A DNA stretch of 11,744 nt from a virus. The first letter of the stretch is position 1, and each line of letters opens with the position of its first letter. Both the position numbers and the translations under genes were made by a program. The stretch is from UHGV virus genome UHGV-0126733; one strand, 5' to 3'. Shown piece after piece: positions 1-6,146 of the stretch. Under the pieces are notes generated by a model. That model was given only the letters and a program-made list of their open reading frames with translations, did no database searches and was not told the origin of the DNA.

Positions 1-635
1 CTTCCGATCTCCGCACAGTGGGGTGATGAACCATCACCGGGGTTACCAATCAGCGGTTCAAACCGCGCCCCATCCTCCGGACGGTTCATGTTTGAGGCGT
101 TAACCTCAATCCCGAACGCTTCCGTCAGCATGGGTGTGCGTTTACACATCAGTCGCGCCGGGCGAAAGACTTCCCACGCCTGTTTCTCTGTCGTGGCACC
201 GGAATACACTTCCGCGCCAAACTCGTTATCACAGGCAAAACAATACAGGGCAACACCGGCAGAGATTGCCGATTTGCCGTTCTTACGGGGGATTTCGGTA
301 TACACCTCACGGAAGCGGCGCAGCCGGGAGCCTTTATTGACCCAGCCAAACGCACAGCAGATCACAAAGAGCTGCCACGGCTCCAGCGTGATGGGCATCC
401 TCTTGAATGCCCACTCCCCCTTGGTGTGTGGCAACAGCTGAATAAATTTCGCGGCCCGTTCAGCCAGGTCCTTGTCGAAGCGGTAACGAAACGACTTACT
501 TTTTTCCGCCATCAGGTCATCAAGATGGCGCTGGCAGGCCTGAATCACAAACTGGCAGGCCACAATCTTTCCGCGCACGACATCACGGGCATACTGATTG
601 GCAGCATTTACGTTGGGGTAAGATTTCCGGCTCAT
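1..635 (-). CDS. Terminase large subunit, N-terminal part only (gene continues beyond window position 1)
   Basis: Reverse-complement translation from ATG (complement of 633-635) reads [49 protein letters not shown]... and stays open to the window edge. It contains a Walker-A-like EIPRKNGKS motif. The start overlaps the small-terminase stop in an ATGA arrangement. Not in the ORF track because it has no stop inside the window. Confidence 0.85.
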   Translation of the reverse strand, partial: MSRKSYPNVNAANQYARDVVRGKIVACQFVIQACQRHLDDLMAEKSKSFRYRFDKDLAERAAKFIQLLPHTKGEWAFKRMPITLEPWQLFVICCAFGWVNKGSRLRRFREVYTEIPRKNGKSAISAGVALYCFACDNEFGAEVYSGATTEKQAWEVFRPARLMCKRTPMLTEAFGIEVNASNMNRPEDGARFEPLIGNPGDGSSPHCAEIG

Positions 636-1126
636 GACTCGATGATTTTCAGAAACGGGTTAGTGGCTTTCTTCTGCCCCGCCAGGCCAATCAGACGCTG
701 GCGGCTACTGGGGTCGAGTCCGAGCATTGCCCCCGTGCTGCTCATCTCGGACTCCTGTTCTTTTTTGGCGGTCAGCTCCGGATTTTTGACCATACCGCCC
801 ATTGCACCGGTGATGGTGTTGCCCTGTCTGGCAATATTTTTCACGGCACGCCGCCAGAACTCATAGGCCACACACCACCGCTCAAGCACCGCAAGGTCAG
901 TCACGCACAGCAGGCCCTGACCGCAGAGTTCTTTGGTTGTCAGTTGCCACATGATCGTGGCGAGAGGAAGCTCTTCTTCAGCGAACCACTCCGGTGGCTC
1001 AACACCTTTGATGGGCGTAAAAACAGGTTCATCTTTGTTCAGGGCTCGCTTGCCGGGGTTTCCGGCCAGCGCCTTGCGCGCCGTTGGCTTGGGGCGACGC
1101 CCGGAACGCCCCGCCGTTCCAGCCAT
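632..1126 (-). CDS. Terminase small subunit, P27 family
   Basis: N-terminus [34 protein letters not shown] is the hallmark of P27-type small terminases. The track ORF starts at a GTG (1135); I prefer the in-frame ATG at 1126, which has an AGGAG Shine-Dalgarno about 8 nt upstream. Stop TGA at 632-634 overlaps the TerL start. Confidence 0.85.
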   Translation of the reverse strand: MAGTAGRSGRRPKPTARKALAGNPGKRALNKDEPVFTPIKGVEPPEWFAEEELPLATIMWQLTTKELCGQGLLCVTDLAVLERWCVAYEFWRRAVKNIARQGNTITGAMGGMVKNPELTAKKEQESEMSSTGAMLGLDPSSRQRLIGLAGQKKATNPFLKIIES

Positions 1127-1176
1127 ATGCGGCACTCCTGGTTAAATTTCATTTTTCGCGGGTATAAAAAAACGAT

Positions 1177-1225
1177 GGGGCGGGCAGTCCGGAAGACGTC
1201 AGGTCACAGAGATTTGACCCGCCCC
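1177..1225. other. GC-rich inverted repeat in the HNH-TerS intergenic region; candidate cos/packaging-site region
   Basis: GGGGCGGG (1177-1184) and CCCGCCCC (1218-1225) form an inverted repeat; a second pair GGTCA (1202-1206) and TGACC (1215-1219) overlaps the right arm by 2 nt. It lies immediately upstream of the small terminase gene, where HK97-like phages place cos. G/C-rich like the lambda cohesive end, but not identical. Confidence 0.25.
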
Positions 1226-1251
1226 TCCCCTCAGACAGTTGAGAATTATGA

Positions 1252-1602
1252 TCACTTTAGCCGTTCACGGGCCGTCTTCGCCTTATGGCACGGCCAGCAC
1301 AGGCTCTGCAGATTGCTGTCGGCATCTGTGCCGCCATGCGCTTTAGGGATGATGTGGTCAACAGTTTTCGCCTCACGCACCACACCAGCACGCAGACATA
1401 GCTGACACAGGCCTTTGTCACGCTTCAGGACACGCACGCGGATAACATCCCACTTCGAACCATAACCGCGCTGATGACGAGATTGTCCTGGCTTGTATTG
1501 CTTCCAGCCTTCGCTTTTATGGCTTTCGCAGTAGCCTGACGGGTCCGTGGTTGTAGAGCGGCAGCCGCGAACACGGCAGGCTTTTGGGATTCTAGGGGGC
1601 AT
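1252..1602 (-). CDS. Phage HNH endonuclease (terminase-associated)
   Basis: 116 aa with Cys-rich N-terminus (CRVRGC...C) and an HNH core: DHIIP, H-x-GG, N, and CWPCH. It sits directly upstream of TerS, as in HK97-like phages where HNH assists cos cleavage. ATG start; no obvious Shine-Dalgarno. Confidence 0.85.
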   Translation of the reverse strand: MPPRIPKACRVRGCRSTTTDPSGYCESHKSEGWKQYKPGQSRHQRGYGSKWDVIRVRVLKRDKGLCQLCLRAGVVREAKTVDHIIPKAHGGTDADSNLQSLCWPCHKAKTARERLK

Positions 1603-1652
1603 ATAAAAAATTTATAATAAGTAAAATAATAAAGAAAAATACTCAAAGGCAA

Positions 1653-2207
1653 TTATCTTGACTCAAATACAAATCTAGAAGAGATGAGCTTATCAAGCAT
1701 TTTCATAAGTAAATCCTTACTCTCACCACCATTTATATATTTATTAAAGTTAGACTCGAACTCATGCCAAACTTTTTCTAACTCAGTATTATCAAATAAG
1801 TGCTCTGTCGCAAACCATGAAGACTGGCAACAATCGAAAATACTCAAAAGTTCATCAAATCTTTTAACATTCTCTTCTCCCAACTCAATTTGCTGACTAA
1901 TAAGATCTACATCTTTAAATAGCCATTTCGCAATAACTTGCTCTCGTTCATCATTGAGTTGCTCGGGGTCAATATTGACAGGCATAAATAATAGAGCTGT
2001 CTTTAATTTCTTTAATGCATTCCTAAAATCTATTTTTACTTTTGTTTTCTCTTGTTCCCGCCACGTAAACAATGCCTTGAACGCCAAAAACAAAGTAACA
2101 ATAGTAGCTCCAGCACTCACCCAAGATGCAATCATTGCCCAACAAGCCCACTCAGCAGCAGCACGGTTTGCTACAAGTGTCTCATATGCAATATAATTTT
2201 CGTTCAT
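1653..2207 (-). CDS. Hypothetical membrane-anchored protein; AT-rich cargo gene (moron) between spanins and HNH
   Basis: 184-codon ORF with a GAGG Shine-Dalgarno 5 nt before the ATG. One N-terminal hydrophobic helix (approx. aa 20-45, AEWACWAMIASWVSAGATIVTLFLAFKALF) followed by a charged, helix-rich soluble domain. Very AT-rich relative to flanking phage genes. No family recognised. Confidence 0.6.
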   Translation of the reverse strand: MNENYIAYETLVANRAAAEWACWAMIASWVSAGATIVTLFLAFKALFTWREQEKTKVKIDFRNALKKLKTALLFMPVNIDPEQLNDEREQVIAKWLFKDVDLISQQIELGEENVKRFDELLSIFDCCQSSWFATEHLFDNTELEKVWHEFESNFNKYINGGESKDLLMKMLDKLISSRFVFESR

Positions 2208-2240
2208 TTTTACCTCACTGTTAATAGTGAGAGTATTGTA

Positions 2241-2269
2241 ACTAAAAGCATAATAACTAGAACAGTCAA
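2241..2269 (-). promoter_or_regulatory. Candidate sigma70 promoter for the 1653-2207 cargo gene
   Basis: On the minus strand: TTGACT (complement of 2264-2269), 17-nt spacer, TTTAGT (complement of 2241-2246). A 6-bp hairpin (2214-2231) lies between this and the start codon and includes part of the Shine-Dalgarno. Pattern match only. Confidence 0.3.
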
Positions 2270-2284
2270 ATAATAATATTTCAC

Positions 2285-2629
2285 CTAATGAATATTATTA
2301 TTCAAATGCAGATTGTACTTTTGCTCTCCTAACCTACGAAGATCAGACTTATCACGGTTACATAGCCCCAGTGCTGATAGCAGACTTACATTCAAACTAA
2401 GACTATCCCCATAAGTCAGAGGATTGGGTATAACTGGCTGTGGAGTTTCAGCGAGCAGGTTCGTCGGTAACGGCATCGTTGGAACCTGCACGTATACTGT
2501 CCGCGTACTTCCGCAACCGGTCAGCAGCGACATCAGGCACAGGGCGTGAAGCACAATCATCATCCGCAACAGCCACTTTGATATCTTCCTGGGCTCTCTG
2601 TGACTCCAGTGCGATCTGCTGTTTTGCAT
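2285..2629 (-). CDS. Rz1: Rz1-like outer-membrane lipoprotein spanin (o-spanin), overlapped architecture
   Basis: +1 frame relative to Rz. Lipoprotein signal with lipobox LLTG-C (Cys at codon 100 of the track ORF), followed by a proline-rich mature region (VPTMPLPTNLLAETPQPVIPNPL). Start is ambiguous: ATG at 2629 (GGAGG 9 nt upstream), TTG at 2569 or ATG at 2563. The ORF runs about 160 nt past the Rz stop. Confidence 0.6.
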   Translation of the reverse strand: MQNSRSHWSHREPRKISKWLLRMMIVLHALCLMSLLTGCGSTRTVYVQVPTMPLPTNLLAETPQPVIPNPLTYGDSLSLNVSLLSALGLCNRDKSDLRRLGEQKYNLHLNNNIH

Positions 2630-2840
2630 GCTGGTTAGCCTCCAGAACTGTATTGACGATTTGTAGTGATTGCAGGACGTTATTGGTAATGGCAGTTGCT
2701 GATTCAGCATTTCGTACAGCCTCATCAGCACGTTTCTTTTCGTACTGATATTTGCTGTAGTAGTGGTTGGCCGACCAGATGAAAGAACCAATGACAGTAA
2801 CGAAGAAACCAACGATAACCAGCTTATAGCTCAGCTTCAT
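2448..2840 (-). CDS. Rz: Rz-like inner-membrane spanin (i-spanin)
   Basis: 130 aa with an N-terminal transmembrane helix (KLVIVGFFVTVIGSFIW) followed by SANHY (lambda Rz has AVNHY) and a charged coiled-coil-like periplasmic region. Sits immediately after the endolysin, with a 17-nt overlap, and contains the Rz1 start in another frame. Confidence 0.8.
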   Translation of the reverse strand: MKLSYKLVIVGFFVTVIGSFIWSANHYYSKYQYEKKRADEAVRNAESATAITNNVLQSLQIVNTVLEANQHAKQQIALESQRAQEDIKVAVADDDCASRPVPDVAADRLRKYADSIRAGSNDAVTDEPAR

Positions 2841-3300
2841 TTACCACCCCACCAGCCTCTTTAAACCGGGCAATCAAATCACCGATTTTATGTTCATACT
2901 GACCATAACCTGCACCGGGTAACGACGCCCAGATATTGCTGCAACGGTCGATAGCCTGACGAATATCACCGCGATCAATCATCGGTAAAGCGCCACGCTC
3001 TTTAATCTGTTGCAGTGCCACAGCATCCTGGCTTTTGGGGGAGAAGTCTTTCAGAGCAAGCTGCTTACGGTAGGCATCCCACCAGCGTGAAAGAAGCTGA
3101 TAACGTCCGGCGGCTGTTGATTTGAGTTTGGGGTTTAGCGTGACAAGTTTGCGAGGGTGATCAGAGTAATCAGTAAACAGTTCGCCGCCAACAATAACAT
3201 CATAACCGTGATTACGTGTCGGTTGTCGCCCGTTATCCGTTCCTTCTGACCATGCCACCATATCGAGGAAAGCTTTACGCTGGGAATTTAGTACCTGCAT
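2824..3300 (-). CDS. R: Endolysin, lambda R-like lytic transglycosylase
   Basis: 158 aa; NSQRKAFLDMVAWSEGTDNGRQPTRNHGYDVIVGGELFTDYSDHPRKLVTLNPKLKS... is near-identical in pattern to lambda R as I recall it, including the catalytic Glu in WSEGTD. No N-terminal SAR/TM segment. AAGGAG Shine-Dalgarno 7 nt upstream of the ATG. Confidence 0.9.
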   Translation of the reverse strand: MQVLNSQRKAFLDMVAWSEGTDNGRQPTRNHGYDVIVGGELFTDYSDHPRKLVTLNPKLKSTAAGRYQLLSRWWDAYRKQLALKDFSPKSQDAVALQQIKERGALPMIDRGDIRQAIDRCSNIWASLPGAGYGQYEHKIGDLIARFKEAGGVVNEAEL

Positions 3301-3303
3301 AAA

Positions 3304-3630
3304 TTACTCCTTAGAGCCACCAAACTTATTACCGATTACTCTCATTGCAGCCCCACGAATAGCATCGACCCCGATTAGCCCAACGCCGCCACCAATGGCA
3401 ACAGAAAGAGATTTAGGCCATCCGACATACTCAAGAGCGGATGCAAAAGTCAGCGTCAGAGCACCACAGAGCAAAATCTCGAGCGTTTTTCGTTTCCAGC
3501 CCCCACCACCGCCAAAATATGCAATGCGCAAGCCAGCCATAACAATCGACATAATCACTGCGCCCAGCGGTGTGTCTCCACGCCACCAGCTCTGGACCAA
3601 CTCCAACCAGGTATTTGGGTTATGAGGCAT
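3304..3630 (-). CDS. Putative holin (about 3 TM segments), not lambda S family
   Basis: 108 aa immediately upstream of the endolysin. Three hydrophobic segments (LGAVIMSIVMAGLRIAYF, LEILLCGALTLTFASALEYV, LSVAIGGGVGLIGVDAI), a GGGGG motif and a charged C-terminal tail. The call rests on position and topology; the family is not recognised. Confidence 0.7.
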   Translation of the reverse strand: MPHNPNTWLELVQSWWRGDTPLGAVIMSIVMAGLRIAYFGGGGGWKRKTLEILLCGALTLTFASALEYVGWPKSLSVAIGGGVGLIGVDAIRGAAMRVIGNKFGGSKE

Positions 3631-3781
3631 TTGTAGTTATCTCTCACCTCGCTGATACAGCAGGTGCAAATTGAGGGAACATCATGTACCGCAAATCAGA
3701 AGCGGAAACGTAAAAGAGGCCGAGCCAATGGATAACTGCGGTATAGACCAGGCTCAACAAATAGCCGGGTCCAGAAACGAC

Positions 3782-3803
3782 AAACCCGCTCGACGGCGGG
3801 TTT
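3782..3803 (-). terminator. Hairpin about 150 nt upstream of the holin; candidate tR'-like late terminator
   Basis: Perfect 8-bp stem AAACCCGC / GCGGGTTT with a 6-nt loop. On the minus strand it is followed by GTCGTTTCTGG (moderately U-rich). Interpreting it as the Q-antiterminated terminator is inference from position. Confidence 0.3.
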
Positions 3804-4030
3804 AAGCTGTGTGGCGAAGTGACCACTCTTAACACGATACAATAGTTTTTGCGTACGCGTTAGCATTTTTGATGGAAGTTAATGGTTGTTAATCTTATAC
3901 TCAGTAAACAAAATTTATGCCGCCTTGAGCATGATGCGACATTAGGCACATGTTTGGATCTTCCTCGAAGATTCGTGCGGTAGCTATGCTCAAAATCCAA
4001 TCAGCTCATAAAACATACTATGGGTTTTAA

Positions 4031-4780
4031 ATGCTCATTCCAACATCTCTATCAAAACAACCAGTAATCGAAGCTGCTTTCGAAATGCGTTTTTCTAAAG
4101 AAACACAAATATCGGAAATAGTTCCAGGGTTTCTTTTTCACGCTCTAGGTTGTACAAAACCAGTAATTAGTTTACCACCCAGTCAAATACCTAAAAATGT
4201 TCGTGAGGGAGATGAACAATTACATTACGCAGTTGTCAGTCGCCTCGAAATCGAAGGGTACTATATTGGACTAAGTGACCATGGTGTTGTTGTATCCACC
4301 AGCACCAAATATCAAGGGTGGAGTCATTTTAGAGAAAAAATCATTCATGTATTAAATGAGCTTAACAAATTAAATTTAAATGACAACATCATCCGCTACT
4401 CATTAAAGTATGTAGATTTTTTCCCAAAAGAAGACGATTCTAATTTATTTGATAAGCTAAACGTCAGCTTAAATATGGCTGGCGAGTCTATGTCTAATTA
4501 TCCGATCAATATCAGAATCGATAAAAATGAAGGCGCATTTCTAAATATAATTCAAATATTATCTCATGCTTTAGTCATGTCAGATAATGGAGAATTTAAT
4601 AAAAAAGGACTAATCCTAGACATAGACAGCATTAGGCAAATCACTAATACTGATGAAATAGATAAGTTTAAAAACGAACCCAAAAAAATTCTTGATGATC
4701 TTCACGCCTGTAATAAATTAGCTTTCTTTAGTTGCCTTAAAGAGTCAACAATTCAAGAACTAGAACCATCCTACAAATAG
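4031..4780 (+). CDS. Hypothetical protein, first gene of AT-rich cargo operon (249 aa)
   Basis: Clean ORF, soluble (no signal peptide or TM segment), AT-rich codon usage. First of three co-oriented, tightly spaced genes. No catalytic motif recognised. Confidence 0.65.
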   Translation: MLIPTSLSKQPVIEAAFEMRFSKETQISEIVPGFLFHALGCTKPVISLPPSQIPKNVREGDEQLHYAVVSRLEIEGYYIGLSDHGVVVSTSTKYQGWSHFREKIIHVLNELNKLNLNDNIIRYSLKYVDFFPKEDDSNLFDKLNVSLNMAGESMSNYPINIRIDKNEGAFLNIIQILSHALVMSDNGEFNKKGLILDIDSIRQITNTDEIDKFKNEPKKILDDLHACNKLAFFSCLKESTIQELEPSYK

Positions 4781-4795
4781 AAATGGTGGTATGAT

Positions 4796-5140
4796 ATGTA
4801 TCCGTCTCATCATGTTTATCGAGCTCAACTTCAAGTATTAACTTTGGTTTTATATAGTCTGCATATAACTGCATTAACAGACATTGCCCAAAATCAACAG
4901 CATGGTCCTCAACAAAGTTTAATCGTCAAAAATCACGCTTTGGAGTATAAGTCTTCAACTACCGATTCAGTTCATTCCATCACACAAACATATAAAGCAG
5001 GGAGCACAATCTCAGTTGATCAAAGACTTGCAGTCTCGATGACAAACTTTTATGAAAAATTATCAACAAACCAGGTGTCTTTAGGCAGTGAAATAAATAA
5101 AGTCGTTCATGCTTCACTGTGGGATTTATACTTGGATTAA
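4796..5140 (+). CDS. Hypothetical small protein, second gene of cargo operon (114 aa)
   Basis: GGTGGT Shine-Dalgarno about 6 nt upstream of the ATG. Its stop TAA (5138-5140) directly abuts the GTG/ATG of the next gene, suggesting translational coupling. It fills the 360-bp gap between the flanking genes. No recognisable domain. Confidence 0.45.
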   Translation: MYPSHHVYRAQLQVLTLVLYSLHITALTDIAQNQQHGPQQSLIVKNHALEYKSSTTDSVHSITQTYKAGSTISVDQRLAVSMTNFYEKLSTNQVSLGSEINKVVHASLWDLYLD

Positions 5141-5143
5141 GTG

Positions 5144-5758
5144 ATGAGTAATAACATTTTTGATATCGAGAAATTCAAAGATCAAATTCCATATTATTTA
5201 ACAGCTCCTCAAAAAGAAGGGCTAATAAATGCACTTAGAGATTTCCCTGAAAACACTAACTACTACCTTAGCAATTATCATGATGATCTGAAAAATGCTG
5301 CACTTCAGGGAGATATATTTAAGGAGCTTACAGTATATTCAATTAAAGGGACTAAAAAAACACGAGGCATTATATTAAGCAACAGTTGCGATATAGATAC
5401 AAGTAATAATCGTGATGTGCCAATGCGTGCAGTCTTTGCTCCGTTAGTAAGTTTATCTAAGTTCGAAGCTATTCTTCTCTCCAACGGAGTTTCTAAGACT
5501 TCAATAGATAGCAAAATTGATGCTATAAGGAAGCAGTTAATTACTAATATTTTTTATCTTCCTGAATCAGACAACTTAGAAGAATGCATCGTTTTTCTTG
5601 ATGATGTATACCAATTACCAACGGAAGAATTACAAAAACTCTTGAATGATAAATGCAAAGCCATAACTTTAAGTCAAGTTGGTTTCTACATTTTACTATT
5701 CAAAATATCTATTCACTTTTGTAGATTCCATGAAAACATACAACGATTCGATCATTAA
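5144..5758 (+). CDS. Hypothetical protein, third gene of cargo operon (about 204 aa)
   Basis: ORF starting at ATG 5144 (track uses the GTG at 5141). AT-rich, with a hydrophobic/amphipathic stretch near the C-terminus (VGFYILLFKISIHF). Followed immediately by a terminator. Family not recognised. Confidence 0.6.
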   Translation: MSNNIFDIEKFKDQIPYYLTAPQKEGLINALRDFPENTNYYLSNYHDDLKNAALQGDIFKELTVYSIKGTKKTRGIILSNSCDIDTSNNRDVPMRAVFAPLVSLSKFEAILLSNGVSKTSIDSKIDAIRKQLITNIFYLPESDNLEECIVFLDDVYQLPTEELQKLLNDKCKAITLSQVGFYILLFKISIHFCRFHENIQRFDH

Positions 5759-5785
5759 GGCGGTACTACCGCCTTTTATTATTTT
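5759..5785 (+). terminator. Rho-independent terminator of the cargo operon
   Basis: GGCGGTACTACCGCC hairpin (5759-5773; 6-7 bp GC-rich stem) followed by TTTTATTATTTT (5774-5785). Begins 1 nt after the operon stop codon and overlaps the stop codon of the convergent Q gene. The reverse strand lacks a U-tract, so it is unidirectional. Confidence 0.6.
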
Positions 5786-6128
5786 ACACAAGTATACTTA
5801 CAACCCCCTCTATAAAACCGATTGCGGTTTGCAACTCCTTCCTAATAGTGCCATCAGAGCACCTTCTCTTTTTGGCAATAGTGCGTAATGAGATACCAAT
5901 AACAAAGTGGGATATGATGAGCTCATATTCCTCTGGTTTATACCTTCTCAACCGAGCCACACAACTGTCTATCATAATGCCTTCGTCATCATCACACTGA
6001 ATCCGTGACTTTTTGCCATGAGGTAAAAGCCCCTTGAAGCCTGCTGCTACCGGCTGCCAGTCCACACCACTGTTGTCTGCTGCAGCCCATGCTCCCCAGC
6101 GGTCCAATACTTCATACATATCACGCAT
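5784..6128 (-). CDS. Late-gene antitermination protein Q (QuuD / phage-82-type family)
   Basis: From ATG at 6128: MRDMYEVLDRWGAWAAADNSGVDWQPVAAGFKGLLPHGKKSRIQCDDDEGI...CSDGTIRKELQTAIGFIEGV matches the E. coli QuuD-type pattern as I recall it (ERWGAWAA, AAGFKGL, SRxQCxDDD, CSDG, IEG). The track ORF begins at an upstream TTG (6143); the ATG has GGAG 8 nt upstream. Confidence 0.85.
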   Translation of the reverse strand: MRDMYEVLDRWGAWAAADNSGVDWQPVAAGFKGLLPHGKKSRIQCDDDEGIMIDSCVARLRRYKPEEYELIISHFVIGISLRTIAKKRRCSDGTIRKELQTAIGFIEGVVSILV

Positions 6129-6146
6129 CAACTTACTCCACAAAAA

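Noticed and set aside
88-866. Plus-strand track ORFs 88-441, 134-340 and 426-866
   Set aside because: They are antisense to the terminase large and small subunit genes, which have strong family signatures; treated as shadow ORFs of GC-rich coding DNA.
3644-3835. 63-aa minus-strand ORF upstream of the holin, with one hydrophobic stretch
   Set aside because: No convincing Shine-Dalgarno, and it spans the hairpin and the expected late-promoter region. More likely non-coding regulatory DNA; an antiholin-like small protein cannot be excluded.
3878-3893. GTTAAT direct repeat spaced 10 bp (3878-3883 and 3888-3893), with the same hexamer in the hairpin loop at 2220-2225
   Set aside because: A short AT-rich hexamer in AT-rich DNA is likely to recur by chance; insufficient evidence for a shared operator.
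3631-4030. tRNA genes between Q and the holin, as in Stx phages
   Set aside because: No GGTTCGAATCC-like T-loop motif or cloverleaf-compatible inverted repeats seen in this interval.
4031-4780. Assigning the first cargo protein to a named sporadically distributed protein family of about 250 aa, on the basis of its length and an N-terminal I-E-A-x-F-E-x-R-F motif
   Set aside because: I cannot reproduce the family's diagnostic residues from memory, so the resemblance is unverifiable without a profile search and is not asserted.
4031-5758. Cargo operon as Shiga toxin or a porin (by analogy with the stx and nmpC positions)
   Set aside because: None of the three proteins has an N-terminal signal peptide or the sizes and features of StxA/StxB or a beta-barrel porin. 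Only the genomic position is analogous.
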